Shown here piece by piece: positions 1 through 10,259 of a stretch of DNA of 64,000 nt (position 1 is the stretch's first letter; each line of letters starts with the position of its first letter). The stretch comes from Chloroflexota bacterium (GTDB taxonomy: Bacteria; Chloroflexota; Dehalococcoidia; GIF9; AB-539-J10), in contig JACAEN010000026.1 of the NCBI GenBank assembly GCA_013388845.1, forward strand, positions 101,328 to 165,327. The letters are read 5' to 3'. Below the pieces are notes generated by a model that worked only from the letters and a program-made list of their open reading frames with translations, did not search any database and was not told the origin of the DNA. The translations under genes were made by a program, and so were the position numbers.

Positions 1-414
1 CTTGAGGTCGGGCCTGAAGTAGATTAAAAGCTTGACCGCTGAAGCTCCCATTCTCTTCACCTTTTTGACGCTCCAGCCGGGCAGAAGCTCAGTGATTCTG
101 GCCGTACTATCGCCACTGTACCCGGTTTTCTCCACGCTGACGAGGAGCCCCTTGATTCCTGATAAGACACCAGAGGCTATAGCCTGAGCAGCTCCATATT
201 CCGGGTCAAGCAATACGGCACTGGCAAATGGCGCTACCGCCTGACATAGGTCAAGCTTGAAATCGACCATATCCTGATAGCTCACCGCATCAGGGTTCTT
301 CTCATTCAGGGCTCGCTTAAGTGCCCCTCTGTGGTCAATGGCACACATTGTCATCATGCCCTTGGAATCAGCCAATTGCTGGAGCCCTCTTAGCTTGCCG
401 ATAGATATGTTCAT
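1..414 (-). CDS. Class I aldolase of the tagatose-1,6-bisphosphate aldolase (LacD/YihT) family, N-terminal part; the gene runs off the window start
   Basis: Minus-strand translation from the ATG at 412-414 gives MNISIGKLRGLQQLADSKGMMTMCAIDHRGALKRALNEKNPDAVSYQDMV...LLDPEYG...EKTGY...VKLLIYF. This matches LacD-family motifs (DQRGALK, LLDPEYG, EKTGY, VKFLLY). Confidence 0.7.
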   Translation of the reverse strand, partial: MNISIGKLRGLQQLADSKGMMTMCAIDHRGALKRALNEKNPDAVSYQDMVDFKLDLCQAVAPFASAVLLDPEYGAAQAIASGVLSGIKGLLVSVEKTGYSGDSTARITELLPGWSVKKVKRMGASAVKLLIYFRPDLK

Positions 415-423
415 CGCATCACC

Positions 424-780
424 TCATGGCCGACCATGTTTCTTCGTCTCCTGGAGGGCAAAGGCTGCAGCTCCGAGCACCCCTGAATTTCGACCCAGTT
501 CGGCAGAAGCAAAGCGCACAGCCTGGAAAGACTCCTTACATGCTCCCTCGCCAGCCACCTTGAAGGCTGGCTTGAGCAGCATATCACCGATGTTGGATAA
601 ACCACCACCAATAACTATCAACTCAGGGTTGAATATGTTTATTAAATTGGCTAGCCCCACTCCCACATAGTAGCCAGTCCGAGAAATAAGCTCTTTAGCT
701 AAACCATCACCTGGCTCAGCAGCACTATGAATGACCTGCGCCGTCACCTGTTCTACATCGCCATCTTGGATCATGCTCAT
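424..780 (-). pseudogene. C-terminal fragment of a ROK/BadF-type sugar kinase (118 aa; the N-terminal ATPase half is missing), likely a gene remnant
   Basis: ELIVIGGGLSNIG... and GEGACKESF motifs typical of the ROK/BadF C-terminus. The in-frame upstream sequence (…IVTKPIIAIGTGLQAGK) hits TGA/TAG/TGA stops after only about 17 codons, so no N-terminal domain can be encoded. Confidence 0.5.
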
Positions 781-1056
781 CTTCCCAGCTTGGAGACCTG
801 TCCCAATGGCGATAATCGGTTTTGTTACAATTCACTATCATTGTATACCAGGGTAGATAATTAAAGAAGACAGGGCGTCATTATTTACGATCTATTCCCT
901 AAATTAATCCGCAATTTTCCCTCCTGCTATCAAGGAGGGCAACCGAGCCGTTTTGGACCAAATTCGTCGAAAATTCTGGGACTCCGCTTAAATCCAGACA
1001 TTGATTTATTACAGTTATTGATAGTATACTTTCATCACACACAGGGGAGGTATTCG

Positions 1057-2190
1057 ATGAAGTTATCTTGTCTTCAAGAAAATTTGAGCAAGGGGCTAAG
1101 CATTGTAGGAAGAGCTGTAGCTACTAGGTCCACTTTACCTATCACCCAAAATATCCTTTTGTCCGCCGAGCAATCGCGTCTCAAATTGGCCGCCACCAAC
1201 CTGGAAATGGCGACCACGTGCTGGATTGACGCTAAAGTGAAACAAAAAGGAGAAATAACGGTGCCCGCTCGCTTGCTCATCGACTTTGTTAATTCCTTGC
1301 CCAACGACTTAATTGAAATCAATCTTCCCGCTAATAGCCGCATCTTGGAGCTTAAGAGTGGCCATTTCCAAGCCCATATTCACGGCATCGATGCTGCGGA
1401 TTTCCCACCTATCCCTCAGATAAGTGATGGCCTAACTACCACCGTTGTGGCAGACAGCCTCAGGGAAGGAATTACACAGGTCGCTTTTGCCGCTGCCACT
1501 GAAGAATCGCGCCCGGTATTGACCGGAATTAACACTGAGTTCGATGGCATGCAACTCAACTTGGTGGCTGCCGATGGTTTCAGGCTCGCTGTCTACAAGA
1601 CAACTCTTAACTCGCCGGTCAGCGAGAAAGCTACGGTTATCATCCCAGCGAGAACCCTCAATGAACTGAATCGCCTTCTTAGCGAGCAGGAGGAACCCGT
1701 AGAAATCACTGTAAACGAAAAAAAGAGCCAGGTCCTCTTCCGTCTCAAGGATGCCGAGCTGGTTTCTCAGCTCATTCAAGGTTCCTTCCCCAATTATTCC
1801 CAAGTTATCCCTCAAAGCTATACCACGCGAGCTGTAGTGGACATTAATGAATTTCTGCGGGTTACTAAAATGTCCTCCATATTTGCTCGCGATGCCAGTG
1901 GCATAGTTCGCCTGGTCATCACCCCGGGCTCTGAACTAACTCCAGGAAAGGTAACTGTTTCAGCTCAGGCTGAGGAAGTTGGAGGCAATGTTGGTGAAAT
2001 TGACGCTCTCATTGACGGAGAAGAGGCGAAAATCGCCTTCAATGTAAAATATCTTTCCGATGTTCTATCTGTTCTGCCCCAAGCCCAAGTCGCTCTGGAA
2101 CTCACTACCCCCTCAAGCCCGGGCGTCATCCGCCCTATAGGCGTAGATAATTATGTTCATGTGGTCATGCCCATGTTTGTCCAGTGGTAA
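1057..2190 (+). CDS. dnaN: DNA polymerase III beta sliding clamp
   Basis: MKLSCLQENLSKGLSIVGRAVATRSTLPITQNILL... has a typical DnaN N-terminus. Length about 377 aa. RBS GGGGAGG lies 7 nt upstream of the ATG at 1057. Confidence 0.9.
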   Translation: MKLSCLQENLSKGLSIVGRAVATRSTLPITQNILLSAEQSRLKLAATNLEMATTCWIDAKVKQKGEITVPARLLIDFVNSLPNDLIEINLPANSRILELKSGHFQAHIHGIDAADFPPIPQISDGLTTTVVADSLREGITQVAFAAATEESRPVLTGINTEFDGMQLNLVAADGFRLAVYKTTLNSPVSEKATVIIPARTLNELNRLLSEQEEPVEITVNEKKSQVLFRLKDAELVSQLIQGSFPNYSQVIPQSYTTRAVVDINEFLRVTKMSSIFARDASGIVRLVITPGSELTPGKVTVSAQAEEVGGNVGEIDALIDGEEAKIAFNVKYLSDVLSVLPQAQVALELTTPSSPGVIRPIGVDNYVHVVMPMFVQW

Positions 2191-2438
2191 TTTGTTTGGT
2201 ATTCAACCGAAAACCTAAGTTACAAGAGCGATTAAGCTAAGGCAAGCCCAGAAACACTATCACTAAGCCGGCGACTATCATTGCCACACCCAAAGCCAAT
2301 AAACCAATCAATAACTTCCTATTCAAACATAAGATCCTTTTCAAGTAGATGGCTTGTATAATACTAGAACGCCAAACAAAAAGAAAGGACTGGTGCTGTA
2401 CTTAATAGCTAAGCATTATGCATACAGCATGGTGAGTG

Positions 2439-3794
2439 CTATTCCGCGATGGGGAGAGTGAATGAAAAACGGCTTCCCCTTCCCAATTCGCTCTGGACTG
2501 TGATTTTTCCGCCGTGGGCTTCCACTAGGCGCTTGGCAATTGTAAGGCCAAGGCCGCTGCCCCCGGTGGCTCTGGCACGGGACTTGTCTACTCTGTAGAA
2601 GCGCTCAAAGATATTAGGCAGATCCTCAGCAGGAATGCCTTCGCCAGTATCAGATACGGAAACCTCCACCCAATCACCCCGTGTCATAGCAGCCACGGTG
2701 ATATTGCCTCCCTTGGGAGTGTAAGTGACGGCATTCTCTAAAAGGTTATACAGCACCTGGTTGACCCGTTGGCGGTCAATGTTAACCAGTGGCAGATTAT
2801 GAGGCAGGTCAAGGGACAGCAATATCTCCTTTGCTGTCATCTTGGGCTGCCAGGAAATTGCCGCCTGCTTGATTAACTTGCCGATGTTTTCCTCCCGGCA
2901 AGCGAGCTTTAGTTTGCCAGCTTCGGCGAGACTTAGCTCCTGGAGCTCATCAACCAGTCGTGACAGCAGGCCCACCTCTTCATTGAGGGAGTGAATAGTG
3001 GCGGCATTTGGCTTCATTACCCGATCACGAATTGCTTCAAGATAGCCTTTAATATTGGAAAGAGGTGTCCGCAGTTCGTGAGCGACATCGGCAACCAGAT
3101 TCCGCCGTAACTGCTCGGCGCGTTCCAAGTCAGCGGCCATAGAGTTAAAAGCTTGTGCCAGCATCCCAACTTCGCCTTTGCCCCGAATTTGAACCCTTTG
3201 GGACAAATCTCCTCGTCCCAATCGCTTGGCAGCCTCCGCGAGCACACCGATGGGCGACGATATCCTCCGCGATAAGACGAGAGTCAATAGAAAAGCAAGT
3301 ACGACCGCCAGCACGCTTCCCAGAATAAGCGAACGCCTCACCGACGCCGACAGTCTTCGGAACGGAGCAATATATAGCTCTGCCCTTGGGTCAGGAGTGA
3401 TGTATACTGTTCCTATGGTCGTCACTGGTAGGCCCCAGAAGCTCCAGGACAGCTCAATAGGATTGTCTGATGAGTCAGTGTAGTTCATCCCTACAAGTTT
3501 TTTCTGTGAATCGGCTATGACCGTCCCGTTGACAGCGACCAATATAATGTGTGTCCCAGAGACAAGCGCCGCACCTTCGACTACGGACTGGACATCTCCC
3601 CATTGCAGTCCTTGTTTCCAATAATGGTAATATAGCATAGACAATATCTGCTGATCACGATACTGCGCACTTGTTTGCTCCTGACGTTCCATTTCGGTAG
3701 CAATACGTTCACTAACGAAGAAATATATAGTGCCGACAGTCACCGCTACTACCGCCACGAAAGCCATCAAGAGACGAAACCACAACTTATGCAT
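2439..3794 (-). CDS. Two-component sensor histidine kinase (TM-HAMP-HisKA-HATPase)
   Basis: N-terminal TM segment, HAMP region, H-box [19 protein letters not shown], and ATPase motifs ([12 protein letters not shown]…GLGLTIAK). Confidence 0.85.
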   Translation of the reverse strand: MHKLWFRLLMAFVAVVAVTVGTIYFFVSERIATEMERQEQTSAQYRDQQILSMLYYHYWKQGLQWGDVQSVVEGAALVSGTHIILVAVNGTVIADSQKKLVGMNYTDSSDNPIELSWSFWGLPVTTIGTVYITPDPRAELYIAPFRRLSASVRRSLILGSVLAVVLAFLLTLVLSRRISSPIGVLAEAAKRLGRGDLSQRVQIRGKGEVGMLAQAFNSMAADLERAEQLRRNLVADVAHELRTPLSNIKGYLEAIRDRVMKPNAATIHSLNEEVGLLSRLVDELQELSLAEAGKLKLACREENIGKLIKQAAISWQPKMTAKEILLSLDLPHNLPLVNIDRQRVNQVLYNLLENAVTYTPKGGNITVAAMTRGDWVEVSVSDTGEGIPAEDLPNIFERFYRVDKSRARATGGSGLGLTIAKRLVEAHGGKITVQSELGRGSRFSFTLPIAE

Positions 3795-3796
3795 TA

Positions 3797-4486
3797 CTAC
3801 TGTTCACCTCCCACAAACTTATAGCCGACTCCGTATACCGTCTTTATATACCTAGGGTGGCTGGGATCTGGCTCCAGCTTTCGGCGTATATTAAGAACGT
3901 GAACATCAATGGTGCGGTCGAAACCCTCAAAATCGTAGCCCAAAGCCTGTTCAATCAGGTCTGCCCGGGTGAAGACCCTACCCGGCTCCTTGACCAGAGT
4001 CCACAGTATCTTGAATTCAACACTGGTCAAATTCAGCGGTCTGCTAGCAAACCACGCTTCGTGCTTCGTAAAATCCATACTAAGTCCACCAACCTTAATC
4101 TCCTCAGGGCCTCGTTCTCCAGGAAGACGTCTTAGCACTGCTCGTATTCGAGCCACTAGTTCCTTAGGGCTAAAAGGCTTGGTCACATAGTCGTCGGCAC
4201 CTATGTCTAAGCCTGTCAACTTGTCTTGGTCAGTGGTCTTGGCAGTGAGCATGATGATTGGTACATCGGATTCGCATCGCAGTGTACGACAGACCTCAAG
4301 TCCATCGATGTCTGGCAGCATAAGGTCAAGAACAATGAGGTCGGGGCAGCCTTCTCGAGCCAGGCGCAGAGCCTCAATACCATCATACGCAGTTAGAACC
4401 TGATAATCGTCCCGTTCCAAGTAGAGCTTGACCAACTCCACAGTCTTTACATCGTCATCAACCACCAGAATCTTCTTGTCTGCCAT
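3797..4486 (-). CDS. OmpR-family response regulator (receiver + winged-helix)
   Basis: [12 protein letters not shown]…[14 protein letters not shown] receiver domain. C-terminal [13 protein letters not shown] winged helix. Sits directly downstream of the kinase, so the two are translationally coupled. Confidence 0.9.
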   Translation of the reverse strand: MADKKILVVDDDVKTVELVKLYLERDDYQVLTAYDGIEALRLAREGCPDLIVLDLMLPDIDGLEVCRTLRCESDVPIIMLTAKTTDQDKLTGLDIGADDYVTKPFSPKELVARIRAVLRRLPGERGPEEIKVGGLSMDFTKHEAWFASRPLNLTSVEFKILWTLVKEPGRVFTRADLIEQALGYDFEGFDRTIDVHVLNIRRKLEPDPSHPRYIKTVYGVGYKFVGGEQ

Positions 4487-4524
4487 TGCCAGTCTCGTGG
4501 TGATTCTCCACGCCTCCCTAAATG

Positions 4525-4979
4525 TTATAACAGAAATGTTAAAAAATTAATATGTTGTGCTGGCTGACCACATGGGTTACACTGGACTACGGATCTTAGC
4601 AGGCTCCTTTTCAATATACCCCATAGGAGCAAGGTAGGCAAGAGATTGGTGCGGGCGGTTGAAGTTATCCCGACAGGTCGGGACAATGGGCTTTCTCCGA
4701 TTGGCATCGGAGCAAAAGCTGGCTGGCTTTCTTGGTAACTCCTTGTAGTAAGTCAGTAACACTACTAACCATAGCATGAGTGTTACCAATGTATCTCAGC
4801 CTCCGTATCCAGCGAGGCTCTACACTGTGTAGAGGAGCATTGATGTCTACTGGGGACAGATGCTCATGAGATTTGCGCCATCTCGAACTTAGCTCCACAC
4901 AATTCAACGAAGAACTGAGAGACACTTGATAGTATGTGCGAGTAATATACGCCTGTAGACACAGTGTTGTGTTTTGCAT
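4525..4979 (-). mobile_element. Degraded IS3/IS481-type transposase remnant (frameshifted C-terminal fragments of the integrase core)
   Basis: Overlapping frames encode …YYKELPRKPASFCSDANRRKPIVPTCRDNFNRPHQSLAYLAPMGYIEKE. This resembles the conserved C-terminus of DDE integrases (…FYNxxRxHSSLGYLSPxEF). There is no intact ORF, and no terminal inverted repeats could be defined. Confidence 0.5.
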
Positions 4980-5168
4980 CGGACATCCGACCAGTAAGAG
5001 CCGTTGGACAAGCTAGGACTAAAGTAATAGAACAATAGGACTAAAGTAACATAATAAGTAGTACAAATGGGTAATTGACACTTTTCAAAGCAAGGGTCAT
5101 AGTGATTGTATGGTATGGCATAACAGACTAAGATTTTTGGAAAACTAGACTGTTACTGAGCCTGAATA

Positions 5169-7709
5169 ATGTATAGGAGGTGGTCTACGAGCAAGTCAAG
5201 ATTTTTGATAGCCTTGGGTGTTATCTTTGCTATGGTGCTGCCATCTTTGATTGTGCTTATACCGGCGAACACTGCCCAGGCTCAGCTTGCTAATACTCCG
5301 TGGCCTATGTTCGGCTGGAATCTGCAGCACACCAGCAGAAGCCCTTACACGGGTCCTGAGGTACCGGTACTGAAGTGGAGCTTCACCACAGAGGGGACCA
5401 TCACTTCTTCCCCCGCCATAGGAGCTGATGGCACTATCTACGTGGGCTCTTCCGATAATAAGCTCTATGCTATAAACCCCGACGGCACCCTGAAGTGGAG
5501 CTATGACACCTTCAGGGATGTAGAGTCTTCCCCAGCCATAGGTACTGATGGCACTATCTATGTGGGCTGCAATTATATGTGGATCTATGCCATAAACCCG
5601 GATGGCACCTTCAAGTGGAAATATGAGGCAAGTGGTGCTGTCTTATCTTCCCCTGCTATAGGGGGTGATGGCACCATCTATGTGGGCTCTAATGATAAGG
5701 ATCTCTATGCCATAAACCCCGGCGGCAGCTTAAAGTGGAACTTCACTACAGGTGGCGCTATCGTATCCTCCCCTGCTATAGGTGTTGATGGCACCATCTA
5801 TGTGGGCTCTAACGATGGTAAGCTCTACGCTATAAACCCCACCAATCACAGCAACCCGAAGTGGAGTTTCGCTACCGGGGGCGCACTCCAGTCTTCCCCT
5901 GCTATAGGAGCCGATGGCACCATCTATGTCGGCTCTTTTGATAACAATCTCTATGCAGTAACCTCCAATGGTACCTTGAAGTGGAGTTTCACCACGGGCG
6001 GTGCTGTCAAGTCATCTCCGGCTATAGGAGCTGATGGCACTATTTATGTGGGCTCTAATGATAAGAAACTCTATGCTATAACACCCGACGGCACTTTGAA
6101 ATGGAGCTTGCCGACGGGTGGCGCGGTCGAGTCCTCCCCGGCCATAGGAGCCGATGGCACTATTTATGTAGGCTCTGATGATAGTAAGCTCTATGCCGTA
6201 AGCCTCGATGGCACCCTGAAGTGGAGCTTAATCACAGGGGGTGCTGTGAAGTCTTCTCCGGCTATAGGGGCTGATGGCACCATCTATGTGGGCTCTGATG
6301 ATAACAAGCTCTATGCCATTACGGAGGGTCCTTGGCCCAAGTTTCGCCAGAACCCGCAAAATAGGGGCAGAAGTTCTTACACCGGTCCTACGGTACCGCA
6401 ACTGAAGTGGAGCTTGCTCACTGAAGGTTGTGTCGAATCCTCCCCTGCCATAGGGGCTAATAGCACCATCTATGTGGGCTCTAATGATAATAAGCTCTAC
6501 GCCATAAACCCCGATGGCACTTTGGAATGGAGCTTCGCCACAGGTGGCGCCGTCAAGTCTTCTCCGGCTATAGGAGCTGATGGCACCATCTACGTGGGCT
6601 CTAATGATGGCAAGCTCTATGCTATAAGATCCGACGGTACTCTGAAGTGGAGCTTCGCCACAGGAGGTGCTGTCGGCTCCTCCCCTGCCATAGGGGCTAA
6701 TAGCACCATCTATGTGGGCTCTAATGATAATAAGCTCTACGCCATAAACCCCGACGGCACACTGAAGTGGAGATATACCACAAGTGGCGCTGTCAGTTCC
6801 TCCCCTGCCGTAGGAGCCAATGGCACCATCTATGTCGGCTCCTCTGATAATAAGCTCTACGCCATAACCCCCGCTGGCACTTTGGAGTGGAGCTACGCCA
6901 CAGAGGGTGCTGTCGTCTCTTCCCCCGCTATAGCGGCTGATAGCACTATCTATGTTGGCTCCTGTGATAAGAAGCTGTACGCCATGAACCCCGATGGCAC
7001 TCTGAAATGGAGATACGCCACAGAGGGTGCTGTCGTCTCTTCCCCAGCCATAGGAGCTGATGGCACCATCTATGTGGGCTCCTCTGACGATAGACTCTAC
7101 GCCATAAAGCCCGGTGGTGCTCTGAAATGGAGATACGGCACAAAGGGCGATATCGAGTCTTCCCCCGCTATAGGAGCTGATGGCACCCTCTATGTTGGCT
7201 CTACTGATAAGAAGCTCTATGCCATAGCCTCCGGTGGCACCCTGAACTGGAGCTTCGTCACCGGCGGCCAGGTCCGCTCTTCCCCCGCTATAGGAGCTGA
7301 TGGCACCATCTATGTTGGCTCTTCTGATAATAAGCTCTGTGCAATTGTGGAAGGAGAGGCTAACTCGCCGTGCTTCATCGCCACCGCAGCCTACGGCACC
7401 CCCATGGCCGAGGAAATACAAATCCTACGTGAGTTCCGAGATGAATATCTGCTGACCAACCCTGCAGGGCAAGCTCTAGTCGACATTTATTACAAGGTTA
7501 GCCCACCGATCGCCCAGTTCATAACAGGGCATCCCAGCCTGAAGCCAATGGTGAGGGCTGGGCTGGTGCCGGCTGTAGTCATGAGCACCGTAGCCGTCAA
7601 CACTACTCCGGCTGAAAAAATAGCTATTGTGGGCTTGCTGGTGCTGGTTTGCGTGGCAGCGGTTGTTTGGGCAACAAGGTGGCAAAACAGAGGCCCAAAG
7701 TATACCTGA
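5169..7709 (+). CDS. Secreted/surface PQQ-like beta-propeller repeat protein (two tandem ~8-bladed propellers) with a C-terminal CFIATAAYG-motif domain plus TM anchor
   Basis: Signal peptide. About 16 repeats of …SSPAIGADGTIYVGSxDxKLYAIxPDGTLKWSF…. The linker …PWPKFRQNPQNRGRSSYTGPTVPQLKWS echoes the N-terminal …PWPMFGWNLQHTSRSPYTGPEVPVLKWS, indicating an internal duplication. C-terminus is CFIATAAYGTPMAEEIQILREFRDEYL…IAIVGLLVLVCVAAVVWATRW. Confidence 0.8.
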   Translation: MYRRWSTSKSRFLIALGVIFAMVLPSLIVLIPANTAQAQLANTPWPMFGWNLQHTSRSPYTGPEVPVLKWSFTTEGTITSSPAIGADGTIYVGSSDNKLYAINPDGTLKWSYDTFRDVESSPAIGTDGTIYVGCNYMWIYAINPDGTFKWKYEASGAVLSSPAIGGDGTIYVGSNDKDLYAINPGGSLKWNFTTGGAIVSSPAIGVDGTIYVGSNDGKLYAINPTNHSNPKWSFATGGALQSSPAIGADGTIYVGSFDNNLYAVTSNGTLKWSFTTGGAVKSSPAIGADGTIYVGSNDKKLYAITPDGTLKWSLPTGGAVESSPAIGADGTIYVGSDDSKLYAVSLDGTLKWSLITGGAVKSSPAIGADGTIYVGSDDNKLYAITEGPWPKFRQNPQNRGRSSYTGPTVPQLKWSLLTEGCVESSPAIGANSTIYVGSNDNKLYAINPDGTLEWSFATGGAVKSSPAIGADGTIYVGSNDGKLYAIRSDGTLKWSFATGGAVGSSPAIGANSTIYVGSNDNKLYAINPDGTLKWRYTTSGAVSSSPAVGANGTIYVGSSDNKLYAITPAGTLEWSYATEGAVVSSPAIAADSTIYVGSCDKKLYAMNPDGTLKWRYATEGAVVSSPAIGADGTIYVGSSDDRLYAIKPGGALKWRYGTKGDIESSPAIGADGTLYVGSTDKKLYAIASGGTLNWSFVTGGQVRSSPAIGADGTIYVGSSDNKLCAIVEGEANSPCFIATAAYGTPMAEEIQILREFRDEYLLTNPAGQALVDIYYKVSPPIAQFITGHPSLKPMVRAGLVPAVVMSTVAVNTTPAEKIAIVGLLVLVCVAAVVWATRWQNRGPKYT

Positions 7710-7908
7710 TGGCAAAGTTTGCGCATCAGCCTGCTGTAATACCTCTGGCAATGCTTTTTTGGCATAATAATCTTCTTTTTTCCTCTGAGACTACTCAATT
7801 GTCGTCACCCTGGAATGCGAGTTTGAAGGCGAAAAAGCATACGGGTGGGGAGACACTCAATCGCCCGCCGCAATAAAACAAGAGATCAGGCTAAAAAACC
7901 CCGATACT

Positions 7909-8562
7909 GTGCTAAAATTTCAATTGATGCCAGACATACATTATGTTATCCGTCCTATGAAGTACGAGGATATTCCCCAGGTAGTCCAGATTGATCGAGA
8001 GGCTTTCCCTGGTGAGTGGGTGTTTCGCTCTCAATCAGCCTATAAGCAGGACTTGGACAACCCGTCCGTTCGCTACATAGTAGCTTATAAGAGGAGAGGT
8101 GTCCCAGAATCTGGGGAAGAAGCGACGTGGAAACTGCCTTGGTTCAAGCGGCTCTTCAGTGGTGAGCGCCGTCTTAACGTATTGGAAAACATAGTTGGTT
8201 TTTCGGGATTCTGGATGATGTTGCAAGAGGCACATATCATTGCCATTGGCGTCAGAAACAGTTATCGTCAGCTGGGCATAGGAGAAGGTTTGCTCATCGC
8301 AACCATTGAACTGGCACAGATATTGAATGCTAATGTCGTTACTCTGGAAGTGCGTGCTTCTAATAGAATAGCTCAGGAACTTTATAAGAAGTATGGCTTC
8401 CAGGTAATGGGGAGGCGCCTGAGGTATTATTCAAGCGATGGAGAGGACGCCATAATCATGAGCACGGATAATATTATCTCTTTGCCATTTCAAGCATCTT
8501 TTCAGCAGTTGAAAAAAGCCCACGCTCAAGGACACCCCGAGATTCTTTATCAGGTCTGCTAA
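7909..8562 (+). CDS. rimI: GNAT-family N-acetyltransferase (RimI-like)
   Basis: …IAIGVRNSYRQLGIGEGLL…LEVRASNRIAQELYKKYGF acetyl-CoA-binding motifs of GNAT/RimI. The exact start is ambiguous. Confidence 0.65.
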   Translation: MLKFQLMPDIHYVIRPMKYEDIPQVVQIDREAFPGEWVFRSQSAYKQDLDNPSVRYIVAYKRRGVPESGEEATWKLPWFKRLFSGERRLNVLENIVGFSGFWMMLQEAHIIAIGVRNSYRQLGIGEGLLIATIELAQILNANVVTLEVRASNRIAQELYKKYGFQVMGRRLRYYSSDGEDAIIMSTDNIISLPFQASFQQLKKAHAQGHPEILYQVC

Positions 8563-9662
8563 CTATATTTATTCAGGATAGCCTTAAAGGAATCTATAAC
8601 AAACGCTAGCTGCTCCTTATCAGCGGCAAAGGTGGACAGTTTGAAAGACCGGGCTAAGCCTGGCTGTGGTCCCCAAATTCCTCTTTCCTTTAGTTCTTTG
8701 TAGAGGAAATAGCCCCTCTCTCGAACCCGCTGGGATATTTCGTAGAGCACCGGGGCTTCAAAGTGCAGTAAGTCATGCCTGTGCGGCTTTTCTCCCAATT
8801 GCTTAAAGCCTAATTTCTCAAGTTCCGTGGAAAACCACTGCGCTTTAGATACCTGCTCCTCCCAATGCTGAACTCTTTCTTTTACCTGGGGAAAGGAAGC
8901 CATGAGTGTTATCAGAGGAACACCCCTTACGGTACAGCCAAGGAGTTCAATCTCTTTATTGCTATGTTTGCCCGATTTTCTCAACACTATCTCCTCCCAT
9001 TTCTTCTTCATTCCCAGTACCCCCACAGGGCCGGCCGAGGCCATGCTTTTGTGGCCGCTGCCAATAATGAAATCAGCCCCTATCTCCTCCATATTTACAG
9101 GCATTCTGCCCACAGCGTATGCCCCGTTAAGGATGTAAGGGACATTGTGTTCTTGAGCGATTTCTCCTAACCTTCTGGCGTCGGGAAGATTCCCGTAGTT
9201 GCCGTCTGGGTAAGTTAATAAGATTAGTTTAGGGGCGTGTTTTTTGATGAGCGGTTCATATTCGTTAACGTCGACTCTAAATTCCGGATGTCCGGAATGA
9301 GGCACTTCGATTATGTTCAATCCCGCCCTTTCTGCAGCGACGACCGTTGTATAATGCCTGTTGGCATCAACAAGAATCGAATCCCCGGGCTTAGCTAGTG
9401 AGTGCATCACCATGAATTTAGCCTCTCGAGCTCCATGGGTTATAGTGGCAACTTCACAGCCCAAAAACTGAGGTAGGAGCTTCTGGACAAAGTCTCGGAT
9501 GGGGGGATTGGTTATATTACATAAAACTCCCTGGCAAAAGTCGCACACGGAATATCCATCCCCAAATTCCACTAAAGCCTCCTTGGCAGCCTCTGTAAGC
9601 ATGCCACCTGTCTGTAAAGGCATCAGGTTGATAAGCCCTTTATGTTCCCTTTGCAATGACAT
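8559..9662 (-). CDS. pscS: O-phospho-L-seryl-tRNA:Cys-tRNA synthase (SepCysS), PLP-dependent
   Basis: 367 aa. N-terminal CxxC (GYSVCDFCQG), PLP-lysine motif GSGHKSM and a third conserved Cys (LLGCTVRG). These fit the SepCysS active-site Cys triad and its fold family. Same operon as the SepRS gene. Confidence 0.7.
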   Translation of the reverse strand: MSLQREHKGLINLMPLQTGGMLTEAAKEALVEFGDGYSVCDFCQGVLCNITNPPIRDFVQKLLPQFLGCEVATITHGAREAKFMVMHSLAKPGDSILVDANRHYTTVVAAERAGLNIIEVPHSGHPEFRVDVNEYEPLIKKHAPKLILLTYPDGNYGNLPDARRLGEIAQEHNVPYILNGAYAVGRMPVNMEEIGADFIIGSGHKSMASAGPVGVLGMKKKWEEIVLRKSGKHSNKEIELLGCTVRGVPLITLMASFPQVKERVQHWEEQVSKAQWFSTELEKLGFKQLGEKPHRHDLLHFEAPVLYEISQRVRERGYFLYKELKERGIWGPQPGLARSFKLSTFAADKEQLAFVIDSFKAILNKYS

Positions 9663-9876
9663 TATCCCAATTCCTGACCTTTATTACTTGAGGCAATCGC
9701 GAAATCCTAGGATCAGACTTGGCCAATTCTAACAAGAACTCGAACAAAAATCCAAATATTGAGTTCTGATTGTCAGTTGGCCATCAACAACGAGAAGACG
9801 CTTTCAGAGGTGTTTGAGTTCACCTAGTCAAACGAGGCATGTGATCTCACAAATTTAGGAGCACCGGGCTAGCGGG

Positions 9877-10212
9877 TCACTGTGTGAGTCTCATTATTAG
9901 AAGCGCTATTCCCAGATAAGTGACGATGCCGGTAATGAGCGAGCCCGCCAAGCCTATACGAGGCAGAAGAAACAATACAGCAACGACGTAGAGCACCCAC
10001 GGTGGCAATAGTATCAGCATACTTCTGGTATAAGAAACAGCAGCATCTGTTCCGCTAGCCAGATATATACTGCAGATAGTTACCACGCTAATAGCGGGGA
10101 AGAAGGCAATAAATGCCGCAAGCAAACTTTTTGCGTGACTTCCAAAATACGTTGCGGCGGAGACTACGGCTCCACCAATCACAAAATATACTGGCAACAT
10201 CTTGATGTCCAT
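9877..10212 (-). CDS. Small multi-pass membrane protein of unknown function between the SepRS and SepCysS genes
   Basis: 111 aa, four hydrophobic helices, same strand as its neighbours. Confidence 0.45.
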   Translation of the reverse strand: MDIKMLPVYFVIGGAVVSAATYFGSHAKSLLAAFIAFFPAISVVTICSIYLASGTDAAVSYTRSMLILLPPWVLYVVAVLFLLPRIGLAGSLITGIVTYLGIALLIMRLTQ

Positions 10213-10259
10213 AGTGTTCCCTCACATTACAATATCTTGTTATCCTGGTATATTAGTAT

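Noticed and set aside
781-1056. Possible oriC/DnaA-box region upstream of dnaN
   Set aside because: No TTATCCACA-like boxes or AT-rich unwinding element were found, and dnaA is not adjacent.
6228-7421. 397 aa minus-strand ORF antisense to the PQQ-repeat gene
   Set aside because: It lies entirely inside a well-supported plus-strand gene. Its length is a by-product of the periodic, codon-biased repeat sequence. The protein looks like low-complexity G/S/A-rich text.
5169-7709. CRISPR-like regularity of repeats inside the PQQ gene
   Set aside because: The repeats are about 120-130 nt coding blade units that vary continuously. There are no short identical direct repeats with unique spacers, and no cas genes.
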